From Sulfurimonas sp. (GTDB taxonomy: Bacteria > Campylobacterota > Campylobacteria > Campylobacterales > Sulfurimonadaceae): DNA of 64,000 nucleotides. The position numbers were made by a program, and so were the translations under genes. Under the pieces are notes generated by a model. That model ran no database searches. It was not told where the DNA came from and saw only the letters and a program-made list of their open reading frames with translations. The DNA lies in NCBI RefSeq assembly GCF_026988655.1, contig NZ_JALSKT010000074.1:20000-83999 (forward strand). The letters are read 5' to 3'. Shown here piece by piece: positions 1 through 9,232 of the stretch (the first letter of the stretch is position 1; the number at the start of each line of letters is the position of its first letter).

Positions 1-717
1 CTCGATGAGAGTGGGATACTTCCAAAGCATGTATTACCTCATGATAGCTATCTTATAAATCTCGGGCATCCTGAAGTTGAGAAGCTTGAAAAATCACGTG
101 CTGCGTTTATAGATGAACTTGAACGTTGCGATGCACTTGGACTTGATAAATTAAACTTCCATCCAGGAAGTCATTTGGCGAAACTGACAAAAAAACAAAA
201 AGAAGACAGTGCTTTACTGCAAGAGATAGAAAACAAATGTCTTGATGTTATTGCTGAGTCGATTAACATTGCGCTTGATAAGACACAAAATGTGAAAGCT
301 GTCATAGAAAATACAGCTGGACAAGGAAGTAATCTTGGGTATAAGTTTGAGCATCTTGCATACATTATAGATAAAATAGAAGATAAAAGTCGTGTCGGTG
401 TTTGTATAGATACCTGTCATATGTTTACAGCTGGATATGACATCAGAACAAGAGAAACCTATGATGCGACATGGACTGCGTTTAGCGATATAGTAGGTTT
501 TGAGTATCTCAGTGGTATGCATATCAATGACTCTAAACCACCTCTTGGTTCTCATGTAGATAGACACCACTCTCTAGGCAAAGGAGAAATAGGACTCGAT
601 GCTTTTAGATTTATAATGAATGATGAAAGAATTGATGACATTCCTCTTATTTTAGAGACGATTGATGAGACTATTTGGAGAGAGGAGATAGAACTACTTT
701 ACTCATTTGTAAAGTAG
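1..717 (+). CDS. nfo: Endonuclease IV (5' end outside window)
   Basis: Frame 1 is open from base 1 ([25 protein letters not shown]...). It contains HPGSH, ENTAGQG and CIDTCH, the metal-ligand motifs typical of Nfo/AP endonuclease 2. Confidence 0.85.
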   Translation, partial: LDESGILPKHVLPHDSYLINLGHPEVEKLEKSRAAFIDELERCDALGLDKLNFHPGSHLAKLTKKQKEDSALLQEIENKCLDVIAESINIALDKTQNVKAVIENTAGQGSNLGYKFEHLAYIIDKIEDKSRVGVCIDTCHMFTAGYDIRTRETYDATWTAFSDIVGFEYLSGMHINDSKPPLGSHVDRHHSLGKGEIGLDAFRFIMNDERIDDIPLILETIDETIWREEIELLYSFVK

Positions 718-728
718 CTCTAAAGAGT

Positions 729-2768
729 TTAATAACTTTCGTTTAGTAAACTGCTGTTCACTATAGGGATAAGAGTTCCTCGTGAACCAACAAAAGTAGC
801 AGTTTGTGTTTGCATAGATACTGTCGCATCAAGAGAACTCTCTGGGTCAAGAATAGACCCATGAGCACCAATGTTGTATCTTGCAACTTTATTAGGTGCG
901 ATATAATCACCATTATTTCCAGTGAGTGTAGTTGCTTGAAGATAAGCTACAAGTGGGTCAGTTCCTGCAAGTGGAGCGGTTGCTACACGGTTTGGGATGA
1001 CTTGATCAGATAGATTGCCATTGCCTCCAACTACTTCAATAGCAAATACTTTTTGTGTTGCTCCGACTTGAATTGCATAGTTAATTGGGTCTGCATCATC
1101 TATCACTGTTTGTGTTGCTAGCATAAAAGCATCATAATCACTTGTCCCTTTTATCACGCCATTTGCACCCAAACCAGCTTCAATAACTGGACCAAATGTT
1201 GCAGAATTATTAAGTAGCTGTGCTATGCCTCCTCCAGGCATAGCAAGAGTGATACTCTCTAATGATGTATGTGCAAAAAAACCAAAAGGCGCAATAGTTC
1301 CAAGTGAATGTCCTACAAAAGCAACTCGAGTTGGGTCAAATTTTGTACTTGTTAGAGTTCCATTTTCATCAAGTAAAGCAGCTGTTGTAAGACTATTTTT
1401 TAAGGCGATAAGATCAGATGTCGTTTGTCTTACATTATCACGAGAAGTAAGAAGACTTTGCAGGTTGATGTAAAAACTACCTGATGGGTCGATTTTTCCA
1501 TCTGGTCCTGCAGCAGATGTTGTGTTGTTGATCAAATCTAAATCAAATGTTCTTTCTAATCCAGACCTATAGAGAGCGTTGGTGTTGTCATCAATCCCAT
1601 GCAATGGAAGATCAATGGCAACTGCAGCATAGCCAACACTAGCAAAGGCCTCAGAGATTGCTAAAAGATTTGTTCTGTCTTGTGTTATCCCATGTTGGAA
1701 GATAACTACCGGCCAGCCATTAGTAGGCATTGTTTGCCCTTTTGGAACAGTGGCAAGGACAGGAATAGTAATAGTTGCGTTTACTTCCGGTAAAGCATTT
1801 GAACCATTAAAGTGAAATGATTCTGTTAACGGATTTGTATCATGAATCCCTGTTCCTTTAGCTAAATAATATGGTAATGAAGAGAGTGTACCTGCATAGA
1901 CCTCTGCATTACCTTTCATTGCTGAAACATCAGCACCTGTTGCGCCAATCATTTGTTGTGAAGTGTAAGTAGTGTCTTGTAGTCCCATAGTAGCCGTAAG
2001 ATTTGCATCTGCGAAAGCTTGAGCAACTGCACCTATTGTTTGTGTTTTAAAACTCCAAATTGCTACGATATCATTGGCTGGAATTGTAGCGTTAGCAATC
2101 ATAGCTTGTGTAGCTTGACGAACTCCCTCAAGTTTTATGGCATCTGCATCTGGAAGTGCTGTATGATTTCCTGTACCATCAATAAGAGGAGTAGTTTGTA
2201 AAAGTAGTTCTGATGCAACATCAGGGGCTATGGAATTCCCTGCATTATCTGTAATGTTTTTTGTAAGTACAACCATATAACTCGTGTTACTATCGAAAGG
2301 TTTTATAGGAAGTATGACAATTTTATTGCCACTTACAGTTGCTACATAATCTACACCAAAAGTTACATCGCCTATGATACCTTGTATAATCGGTACTCCA
2401 CCTGTAGCAGCACTTGCTTGCGCGTTAATTTTGTAGACTTTAAGACCAGTAACCAAGGTTGAAGCATTGATTTCACCATTAAAACTTACTGTGATAGGAG
2501 AAGTTGTTGAGAAACCATCCAGAGTATTGAGTGCTGATTTTACTGAGGCATCACTAGCGTTTGGATCGTATGGAATGTTTAATGTGCCATCTGTTGAAGC
2601 TGCAAAGAGAATGTTGTTTGGATAGGGAATATCTCCATTTGCTGAATCAAATACTATATAAGCCCCCGCTTTTTCTGCTTGAGTTTTCACCTCATTTGCT
2701 GAGTTACTTCCACATCCTGTAAAGACTATGGATAAGCCAAGTAGTATGGAAAAAAGAAATTTTTTCAT
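729..2768 (-). CDS. Secreted lipoprotein lipase, Pla-1/cef-like alpha/beta hydrolase
   Basis: Signal peptide with lipobox (LSIVFTGC). Has VVIFQHGIT...IDLPLHG and the nucleophile elbow GHSLG. The long N-terminal beta-rich region resembles bacterial extracellular lipases of the Vibrio/Aeromonas Pla-1/cef type. Confidence 0.7.
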   Translation of the reverse strand: MKKFLFSILLGLSIVFTGCGSNSANEVKTQAEKAGAYIVFDSANGDIPYPNNILFAASTDGTLNIPYDPNASDASVKSALNTLDGFSTTSPITVSFNGEINASTLVTGLKVYKINAQASAATGGVPIIQGIIGDVTFGVDYVATVSGNKIVILPIKPFDSNTSYMVVLTKNITDNAGNSIAPDVASELLLQTTPLIDGTGNHTALPDADAIKLEGVRQATQAMIANATIPANDIVAIWSFKTQTIGAVAQAFADANLTATMGLQDTTYTSQQMIGATGADVSAMKGNAEVYAGTLSSLPYYLAKGTGIHDTNPLTESFHFNGSNALPEVNATITIPVLATVPKGQTMPTNGWPVVIFQHGITQDRTNLLAISEAFASVGYAAVAIDLPLHGIDDNTNALYRSGLERTFDLDLINNTTSAAGPDGKIDPSGSFYINLQSLLTSRDNVRQTTSDLIALKNSLTTAALLDENGTLTSTKFDPTRVAFVGHSLGTIAPFGFFAHTSLESITLAMPGGGIAQLLNNSATFGPVIEAGLGANGVIKGTSDYDAFMLATQTVIDDADPINYAIQVGATQKVFAIEVVGGNGNLSDQVIPNRVATAPLAGTDPLVAYLQATTLTGNNGDYIAPNKVARYNIGAHGSILDPESSLDATVSMQTQTATFVGSRGTLIPIVNSSLLNESY

Positions 2769-2931
2769 AAGTTTACTCCTTAAAATTAATTTTTCATTAT
2801 AATCACTTTAGAAACAGAATTCTCTTAAAGGTACGAATTTTATGAAAATATTTGAAAGTTTGTGCAACTTATTTTAAAATATGGCAGAATAAGGTATGAT
2901 TTGAAATTATTTACTTTTTTTTGGGGGAGAA

Positions 2932-4116
2932 ATGAAAAAATTACTACTTTTACCGCTTGCTTTATCTTGCTCGGTTTTTGCGGGTGGATATAAGATTCCT
3001 GAGACATCTTTAAATGGTGTAGCTTTATCAGCAGCAACAGTTGCTCATTCGTATGGTGCAGATTCTGCATACTATAACCCTGCTAATATGATATTTATGA
3101 AGGATGAACAAAACATAGAAGCTGATTTGATCTATATAGGTCTTGATCCTGTGCGATATGAGTCAAATGACGGCACAACAGATATCAATGCGAAAAATGA
3201 ACATTTTATTATTCCATCATTAAATTATGTCTCGAGTAAAATGGGAAATGCTAGAGTTGGATTAAGTGTTGTTGTTCCGGGTGGTCTTTCAAAAAGATGG
3301 ACTGACTCTCCTGCTAAGGACAAAGCAGAAGAGTTTACTCTTGAAGTTGTTGAGGTTAATCCAACAGCTGCGTTTGAGATTAATGATAAGCTTGCAGTGG
3401 CAGTTGGTTTTAGAATTATTTCTACATCAGGTATCGTTAAAAGTTCTGCAGCTGTATCTCGTGATATGACTGGAGATAGTATTGACTTTGGCTATAACCT
3501 TGCTTTGGCCTACAAGCCTAATAGCGAGTGGGAAATTGGACTGACGTATAGGTCAAATGTAAATTTAACAGTAGAAGGAGACGCAAAGCTTTATGGGCCT
3601 ACTAGTTTAGTGTATGATGGTGGGGCAAGTGTTACTGTACCACTTCCTGCAACGCTAAACGCAGCTATAGCGTATACATCAGCATCTGATACAACTATCG
3701 AGTTTGTATATGAAAGAGTTAATTGGTCAGCATATAAAAATCTAGATTTTAATTATGCAGGAAATGTCGGACCATTAGCTCCCTATTTTGATGATGCTAT
3801 AACAAAAGACTGGAAGGATACAAATGCATACCGTTTAGGGATAACTCAAAAAATGGATGCATATACCTTTATGGCAGGGGCCGTGATGGATGAGAGTCCA
3901 GTCCCTGATGCGACATTGAGTTATGAGTTGCCAGATTCAGACTCTTTATCTCTTTCAGCAGGAGTTCGTTATCAGTATGATGAAAATATCAATGTCGGTA
4001 TGAGTGCTTTATACTCTATGAGAGAGTCTAGAAAAGTAACAAATGATGATGTAGATGGAGAGTTTTCAAACGCGAATGTACTCATCATTTCAGCTGGTTT
4101 AGGTTATACATTTTAA
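2932..4116 (+). CDS. fadL: Outer-membrane long-chain fatty acid / hydrophobic compound channel (FadL/OMPP1/TodX family)
   Basis: Signal peptide followed by GGYKIPETSLNGVALSAATVAH...YYNPA, an N-terminal hatch-like motif. Alternating beta-strand pattern and C-terminal GLGYTF aromatic terminus. Divergent from the lipase gene. Confidence 0.7.
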   Translation: MKKLLLLPLALSCSVFAGGYKIPETSLNGVALSAATVAHSYGADSAYYNPANMIFMKDEQNIEADLIYIGLDPVRYESNDGTTDINAKNEHFIIPSLNYVSSKMGNARVGLSVVVPGGLSKRWTDSPAKDKAEEFTLEVVEVNPTAAFEINDKLAVAVGFRIISTSGIVKSSAAVSRDMTGDSIDFGYNLALAYKPNSEWEIGLTYRSNVNLTVEGDAKLYGPTSLVYDGGASVTVPLPATLNAAIAYTSASDTTIEFVYERVNWSAYKNLDFNYAGNVGPLAPYFDDAITKDWKDTNAYRLGITQKMDAYTFMAGAVMDESPVPDATLSYELPDSDSLSLSAGVRYQYDENINVGMSALYSMRESRKVTNDDVDGEFSNANVLIISAGLGYTF

Positions 4117-4124
4117 GGAAATAT

Positions 4125-5861
4125 TTGAAAACATTAGTTAATTTTTTAAACGAAAAAGAAGTTGAAAAGTCTGAGATTTTTATACATCTCAAATGTAGCG
4201 TTAATGAAGCGTTAATATTACAGTATATTGCTCAGCGCTATATGAAAGGTCAAGATGATGTTCTTGTACTTGACCTTTTACAAGATTTGTATACGAGTGA
4301 AAATTATGAACATTTGGATCATCTAAAAGAACTCAAAAATTTACTTGAACTTGGTTGGATTCATCAACAAAGTTTTACTCCTATCAAAATATCTGAAGTG
4401 ACTCCACTTGAACTTTTAAATACTGCAGTTGGTTTGACACCGGCTTTTTTGAAGCTTTTGCAAGATGGAACGCTAGATTTAGATTTGCCTGAAATCAAAC
4501 CTTATTCTGATCATCTTGAGTATCTTCAAGATCAATTCTTTAGAATAGAGTTGTATCAAAAAATGAGTGTAATACGTCAAAATGTACATGAACACTCCTT
4601 GGGTATTGATAGACTGCAAAATAAATTGCAACTTCTTGAAAAGCGCATAGAAGAGAGAGTAAGCCAGACTTCTGAGAATCTTGTGCTAGATAAATTTTTC
4701 AAACAAAAAAAGATGAGCAATTATGAACAGGTCATTTTCATCGCATTACTTCGTGAAGAATATGGCTCAACTGATTCATCATTAAGAGAGATGAATACTT
4801 TGATTGATTTGATATCTTTAGATGAATATGAACGTATTAAAAATCGCTCACTTTTAGAAGAAGGCTCCAACCTTTTAAGTAATGGCATCATAGACTATGA
4901 AGAGATGCTCAATCCTTTTGGAGGGATTAGTCGTTCATTTTATATTGTGGATGAGGTACTGCAACGTATCATACACCCACAAAAAACAAAAAAAGTGACA
5001 CGTCTAAAACTCAATGCCTTGGTAGAAGAGCAAGATATCTTTGAGCTAGTAGATAGTGATACTTCTTTAGAAGATGTAGTGCTCAATGAAAAAACAAAAG
5101 AGACACTTGAAAACTTGATGAAGCAGGTTGATAAGCAGGTTGTTTCTCGTTTAGTGAAGTGGGGAATTAAAGATAAAAAGAGTGGTATTGATGCACGCAT
5201 AATTTTTTATGGACCTGCTGGAACTGGAAAAACGATGACGGCGTACTCTTTGGCAAAATCGCTCAAGCGTCAGGTTCTTGCTTTTGACTGTTCTAAGATT
5301 CTTTCTATGTATGTAGGTGAGAGTGAGAAGAATGTGCGCAAAATTTTTGACAGTTTTTATGAACTGAGTGAAAAAACCAAAACGGAACCTATTCTCTTAC
5401 TTAATGAAGCAGACCAATTTTTGGGTGCAAGAAGTAGCGGAAACATTACGGGTTCAGACCAAATGCACAACCAAATGCAAAATATCTTTTTAGAACAGAT
5501 AGAAAACTTTAAAGGGATGCTTATAGCTACGACAAATTTACTTGAAAACATTGATAAAGCATTTTCAAGAAGATTTAACTACAAAATCGAGTTTAAAAAA
5601 CCAGATCAAACGCAGCGACTGGAACTTTGGAAAAAGATGCTTCCCCAAGAAGCACCTTATGAAGAGGGCTTTGATGTAAACAAGCTTGCTGAGTATTCTC
5701 TTACCGGTGGACAAATTAATCTAATAGTGAAAAACACAGCTTACAAGGTTGCAGTAAGAGAAGAACCCCTTTTTAGGGTGAAAGATTTTATAGATGAAAT
5801 CAAACGCGAAAAAGATGCTAATTTTGATAGTGAAAAATCTATGGGGTTTTTAAATAAATAA
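4125..5861 (+). CDS. AAA+ ATPase with about 340-aa uncharacterised N-terminal domain
   Basis: TTG start 6 nt after an AAGGA RBS and 8 nt after the fadL stop. Walker A GPAGTGKT, Walker B LLLNEADQ, and second region of homology ATTNLLENIDKAFSRRF (classical AAA clade). Confidence 0.75.
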   Translation: MKTLVNFLNEKEVEKSEIFIHLKCSVNEALILQYIAQRYMKGQDDVLVLDLLQDLYTSENYEHLDHLKELKNLLELGWIHQQSFTPIKISEVTPLELLNTAVGLTPAFLKLLQDGTLDLDLPEIKPYSDHLEYLQDQFFRIELYQKMSVIRQNVHEHSLGIDRLQNKLQLLEKRIEERVSQTSENLVLDKFFKQKKMSNYEQVIFIALLREEYGSTDSSLREMNTLIDLISLDEYERIKNRSLLEEGSNLLSNGIIDYEEMLNPFGGISRSFYIVDEVLQRIIHPQKTKKVTRLKLNALVEEQDIFELVDSDTSLEDVVLNEKTKETLENLMKQVDKQVVSRLVKWGIKDKKSGIDARIIFYGPAGTGKTMTAYSLAKSLKRQVLAFDCSKILSMYVGESEKNVRKIFDSFYELSEKTKTEPILLLNEADQFLGARSSGNITGSDQMHNQMQNIFLEQIENFKGMLIATTNLLENIDKAFSRRFNYKIEFKKPDQTQRLELWKKMLPQEAPYEEGFDVNKLAEYSLTGGQINLIVKNTAYKVAVREEPLFRVKDFIDEIKREKDANFDSEKSMGFLNK

Positions 5862-6054
5862 CTAAAAATAGACTCAAGGGATTGTTGCAATAAGTGACAT
5901 TTCCTCTTACTTCTTTCTCACTAAACTTTTTTTTAATCTTCATTTTGATATAGTGCATTAACTGTTTTTTCTTAGGCTACAATAGCCAGAAGACAAATAT
6001 AAAAAAAGAATATATTTATTTGGGATGTATTCTTTGATTTAAAAGGTAGGTTAT

Positions 6055-6444
6055 ATGGAGCATATTAGTACTGCAAATCCGTATTTTGGGGTATTTGTAC
6101 TTTTTGTTATAACATTTGGTGCATTTATTACTACAACTGTAGTAGCGAGATTGGCGAGTCGTGCACTGGCAGCTAAAGATAGTGAAAAAATTAAACTTTC
6201 AGTTTACGAGTGTGGACCTGAAATCACAAAACAACCCAACAGAGTGTCTCCACAGTTTTACCTGTTTGCGCTTTTATTTTTACTTTTTGATGTAGAAATT
6301 GTTTTTATGTTTCCTTGGGCTGTTGATTTTAAAGTTCTAGGCTGGTTTGGTTTTGTTGAGATGATAATGTTTATATTATTGTTAGCAATTGGTTTTGTAT
6401 ATGCATGGAAAAAAGGAGCGCTGGAATGGCACAACATAAAGTAA
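6055..6444 (+). CDS. nuoA: NADH-quinone oxidoreductase subunit A
   Basis: Three TM helices, YECG motif, [12 protein letters not shown]. First gene of the nuo cluster. Confidence 0.9.
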   Translation: MEHISTANPYFGVFVLFVITFGAFITTTVVARLASRALAAKDSEKIKLSVYECGPEITKQPNRVSPQFYLFALLFLLFDVEIVFMFPWAVDFKVLGWFGFVEMIMFILLLAIGFVYAWKKGALEWHNIK

Positions 6445-6935
6445 ACTATACACAAGATGGTGGATTACCTATAGCACTAACAAGTGTAGATAAGATTGTA
6501 AACTGGGGACGTTCAAATTCACTTTGGGCAATGACATATGGTCTTGCATGTTGTGGTATTGAGATGATGGCTGCAGGTGCTTCAAGATATGACTTTGACC
6601 GTTTTGGGACAATCTTTAGAGCTTCACCACGTCAATCTGATGTAATGATAGTTGCAGGAACACTTACGAAAAAACACTCTGAGTTTATCAAACGTTTGTA
6701 TGATCAAATGACTGAACCTAGATGGGTTATATCTATGGGTTCATGCGCAAATACAGGTGGTATGTTCAATACATATGCAACTGTTCAAGGTGTTGATAGA
6801 ATTATCCCAGTAGATTTATATCTTCCAGGTTGTGCACCACGTCCTGAAACACTTCAGTATGGTGTAATGTTACTACAAAAGAAAATCCGTGCTAATAAAG
6901 CAGGAAATGCACAAAAAGCTAAAAGGTTAATGTAA
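6426..6935 (+). CDS. nuoB: NADH-quinone oxidoreductase subunit B
   Basis: [18 protein letters not shown] and LPGCAPRPE, the N2 cluster ligands. I prefer ATG 6426, 7 nt after AAGGAG, over the track start at 6405. Overlaps the nuoA end. Confidence 0.9.
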   Translation: MAQHKVNYTQDGGLPIALTSVDKIVNWGRSNSLWAMTYGLACCGIEMMAAGASRYDFDRFGTIFRASPRQSDVMIVAGTLTKKHSEFIKRLYDQMTEPRWVISMGSCANTGGMFNTYATVQGVDRIIPVDLYLPGCAPRPETLQYGVMLLQKKIRANKAGNAQKAKRLM

Positions 6936-6937
6936 TT

Positions 6938-7744
6938 ATGAGAGCGTATAAACCTAAAGACGATGTACAAGCAAAAGCTTACTATACAGATAGATTTTAT
7001 GTAGCACCACAAATGCCAAAGAGTTCTGTGGAAGAAGATGAAGTTTTTGCAAGCGATTTAGCTGCTATAAAAGAAAAGTTTGAAGTCAAAGAAGCATATA
7101 TACAAGTAGAACAAATGGTTGTGTATATCAATGCACATGATATTTACGGAGTGCTTGAGCTCATGAGAGATGAGTTGTCATATACACAACTCTCAGAAAT
7201 GTCAGCTATTGACTGGCTAGCAAAAGACAATACATTTGAAATTTTTTACCAAATGCTTTCAATGACAAAACGTAAACGTATTCGTATAAAATACTTTATA
7301 CAAAATGGAGAAGCTGTTGATTCTGTAGAAAAACTTTTCAGAAGTGCTGACTGGAGTGAACGTGAAATGTTCGATATGTTTGGTATTGAAGCAAATAATC
7401 ATCCATTTATGAAAAGAATTCTTATGCCTTATGATTGGCAAGGAAATCCTCTTTTAAAAACGTATCCACTTGAAGGTGATGAGTTTGCTGCATGGTATGA
7501 AGTAGATAAAATCTATGGAAAAGAAGCACGTGACATTATAGGACCTGAACTTCGTGATCCTGCAAAAGTTGATAGATATGATTCAGAGCGTTTTGCACGT
7601 CTTGGACATGAAGTGCCTAAGGGGACTAAAATTACCGGTGATGAACCAGCAGTTACGCAATCATACCAAGAAGAAGGTGGAGTATTCCTCGTCAAAAAAC
7701 TTGATAAAGAGTCATCAGTAATTATTGATGATCCTCAAAGATAA
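6938..7744 (+). CDS. nuoC: NADH-quinone oxidoreductase subunit C
   Basis: 30-kDa subunit motifs (ADWSEREMFDMFGI, HPFMKRILMP). Position between nuoB and nuoD. Confidence 0.9.
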   Translation: MRAYKPKDDVQAKAYYTDRFYVAPQMPKSSVEEDEVFASDLAAIKEKFEVKEAYIQVEQMVVYINAHDIYGVLELMRDELSYTQLSEMSAIDWLAKDNTFEIFYQMLSMTKRKRIRIKYFIQNGEAVDSVEKLFRSADWSEREMFDMFGIEANNHPFMKRILMPYDWQGNPLLKTYPLEGDEFAAWYEVDKIYGKEARDIIGPELRDPAKVDRYDSERFARLGHEVPKGTKITGDEPAVTQSYQEEGGVFLVKKLDKESSVIIDDPQR

Positions 7745-7757
7745 GGTGGTTTAAGAT

Positions 7758-8999
7758 ATGGCACAAGTAAAAAACAGATTAACACCGTTTTTTGAAAATA
7801 TAACATTTGATAGAGATGATAATGAGTTGGTACTGAACTTTGGTCCTCAACATCCATCTGCACATGGTCAACTGCGTTTGATGTTGCATTTACAACAAGA
7901 ACAAATTGTAAAAGCGCATCCTGATGTTGGTTATTTGCATCGTGGTATGGAAAAAATGGCTGAGAACATGATATATAATGAGTTTATGCCAACGACTGAC
8001 CGTATGGATTACATTGCATCATCTTCAAACAATTATGGTTTTGCTCTTGCAGTTGAAAAGCTCATTGGTTTAGAAGTTCCTCGTCGTGCAAAAGTTATAC
8101 GTATGCTCCTTTTAGAGATAAATCGTCTAATGTCTCACCTCTTTTGGCTTGCGACAACAGCGCTTGATATTGGAGCAATGACAGTTTTCCTTTTTGCTTT
8201 CCGTGAAAGAGAATATCTTATGGATATTATTGAGGGGTATTGTGGTGCACGTTTAACGCATGCAGCTATTCGTATTGGTGGAGTACCTCTTGATTTACAA
8301 GACAGTTTTTTACATCAATTAAGAGTATTTTTAAATAAACTGCCTCAAAATATCAAAGATTATGAAGATTTACTTGACTCTAATCGTATTTGGTTAATGA
8401 GAATGGAAGAGGTAGGAACGATCTCTACCGAGATGGCACTTTCATGGGGTTGTACTGGTCCAATGCTTCGTGCTTCAGGTGTGGCTTGGGATATTCGTAA
8501 AGAAGAGCCATATGAGTTGTATGATGAAGTAGAGTTTAATGTACCTTTTTCAGATAAAGGTGATAACTTTGCAAGATACCGTATTTATATGGAAGAGATG
8601 AGAGAGTCTGCTAAGATTCTTTATCAATGTATAGAGATGTATGAAAAATGTGAAAAAGATGGTCAAACTGACTTAATGGCACATGCACCTAAATATATTT
8701 CTGCTCCAAAGATTGACATCATGACACAAAATTACTCTTTGATGCAGCATTTTGTTCTTGTTACACAAGGTATGAGACCACCAGTAGGGGAAGTGTATAT
8801 TCCAACTGAATCACCAAAAGGTGAACTTGGATTCTACATTAACTCACAAGGTGGGCCATATCCATATAGACTAAAACTTCGTGCGCCATCTTTTTGGCAT
8901 ACAGGGATTTTAACTGACCTTTTACCAGGCCACTATATTCCAGATGTTGTATCAATTATAGGTACTACAAATATTGTATTCGGTGAGGTTGACAGATAA
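7758..8999 (+). CDS. nuoD: NADH-quinone oxidoreductase subunit D
   Basis: [20 protein letters not shown], and the C-terminal GEVDR typical of the 49-kDa subunit. Confidence 0.95.
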   Translation: MAQVKNRLTPFFENITFDRDDNELVLNFGPQHPSAHGQLRLMLHLQQEQIVKAHPDVGYLHRGMEKMAENMIYNEFMPTTDRMDYIASSSNNYGFALAVEKLIGLEVPRRAKVIRMLLLEINRLMSHLFWLATTALDIGAMTVFLFAFREREYLMDIIEGYCGARLTHAAIRIGGVPLDLQDSFLHQLRVFLNKLPQNIKDYEDLLDSNRIWLMRMEEVGTISTEMALSWGCTGPMLRASGVAWDIRKEEPYELYDEVEFNVPFSDKGDNFARYRIYMEEMRESAKILYQCIEMYEKCEKDGQTDLMAHAPKYISAPKIDIMTQNYSLMQHFVLVTQGMRPPVGEVYIPTESPKGELGFYINSQGGPYPYRLKLRAPSFWHTGILTDLLPGHYIPDVVSIIGTTNIVFGEVDR

Positions 9000-9223
9000 T
9001 GAAACGATATGATTTAAGACATTTAAAAGACAATTTTGAACCTCGTATGAAAGAGATTTTAGAGGAAAAACACAAGCCGACAGAAACTTTGATATTTCTT
9101 TTTGAGATAGGGGATTTTACTCCAATCCAAAGAAGTGCTGATTTAGTAAAAGAGTGTGGGTACGAACTTTATAACTCACTGAAATTCAACGAAGTCGATT
9201 GGACTATCGTTGTCAAAAAATAG
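8999..9223 (+). CDS. Small protein in the NuoE slot (TusA/SirA-like fold suspected, no Fe-S cysteines)
   Basis: ATGA overlap with the nuoD stop. 74 aa with a single Cys. Same position and size class as the roughly 75-aa gene that replaces nuoE in the Campylobacter jejuni nuo operon. The TusA resemblance (YDLRHL..EP...ETLIFL...YEL....IVVKK) is a by-eye alignment. Confidence 0.5.
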   Translation: MKRYDLRHLKDNFEPRMKEILEEKHKPTETLIFLFEIGDFTPIQRSADLVKECGYELYNSLKFNEVDWTIVVKK

Positions 9224-9232
9224 GGATTTGCT

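Noticed and set aside
214-570. 118-aa minus-strand ORF, with many similar 60-90-aa track ORFs antisense to or out of frame with large genes (for example 804-1013, 1225-1473, 3266-3469, 4940-5200, 7259-7441, 11903-12103, 14109-14303, 20045-20245, 23743-24009, 32387-32653, 45651-45977, 53124-53455, 56376-56660, 57033-57299).
   Set aside because: All lie entirely inside well-supported longer CDSs on the other strand or in another frame. They have odd composition (Cys/Ile/Phe-rich, low complexity), no RBS and no recognisable motifs. These are typical shadow ORFs of an AT-rich genome.
6405-6425. Longer upstream starts offered by the ORF track for nuoB (6405), trxA (38637), recG (46274), the GspM-like gene (29975), the adhesin (54432) and the GspI-like gene (35051).
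   Set aside because: In each case an internal ATG has a better-placed Shine-Dalgarno sequence, or gives a canonical N-terminus such as a signal peptide, prepilin leader or conserved start. These are judgement calls, not proof.
8999-9223. Considered calling the 74-aa ORF NuoE.
   Set aside because: NuoE is about 160 aa or longer, with four Cys ligands for a 2Fe-2S cluster. This protein has one Cys and no matching motifs.
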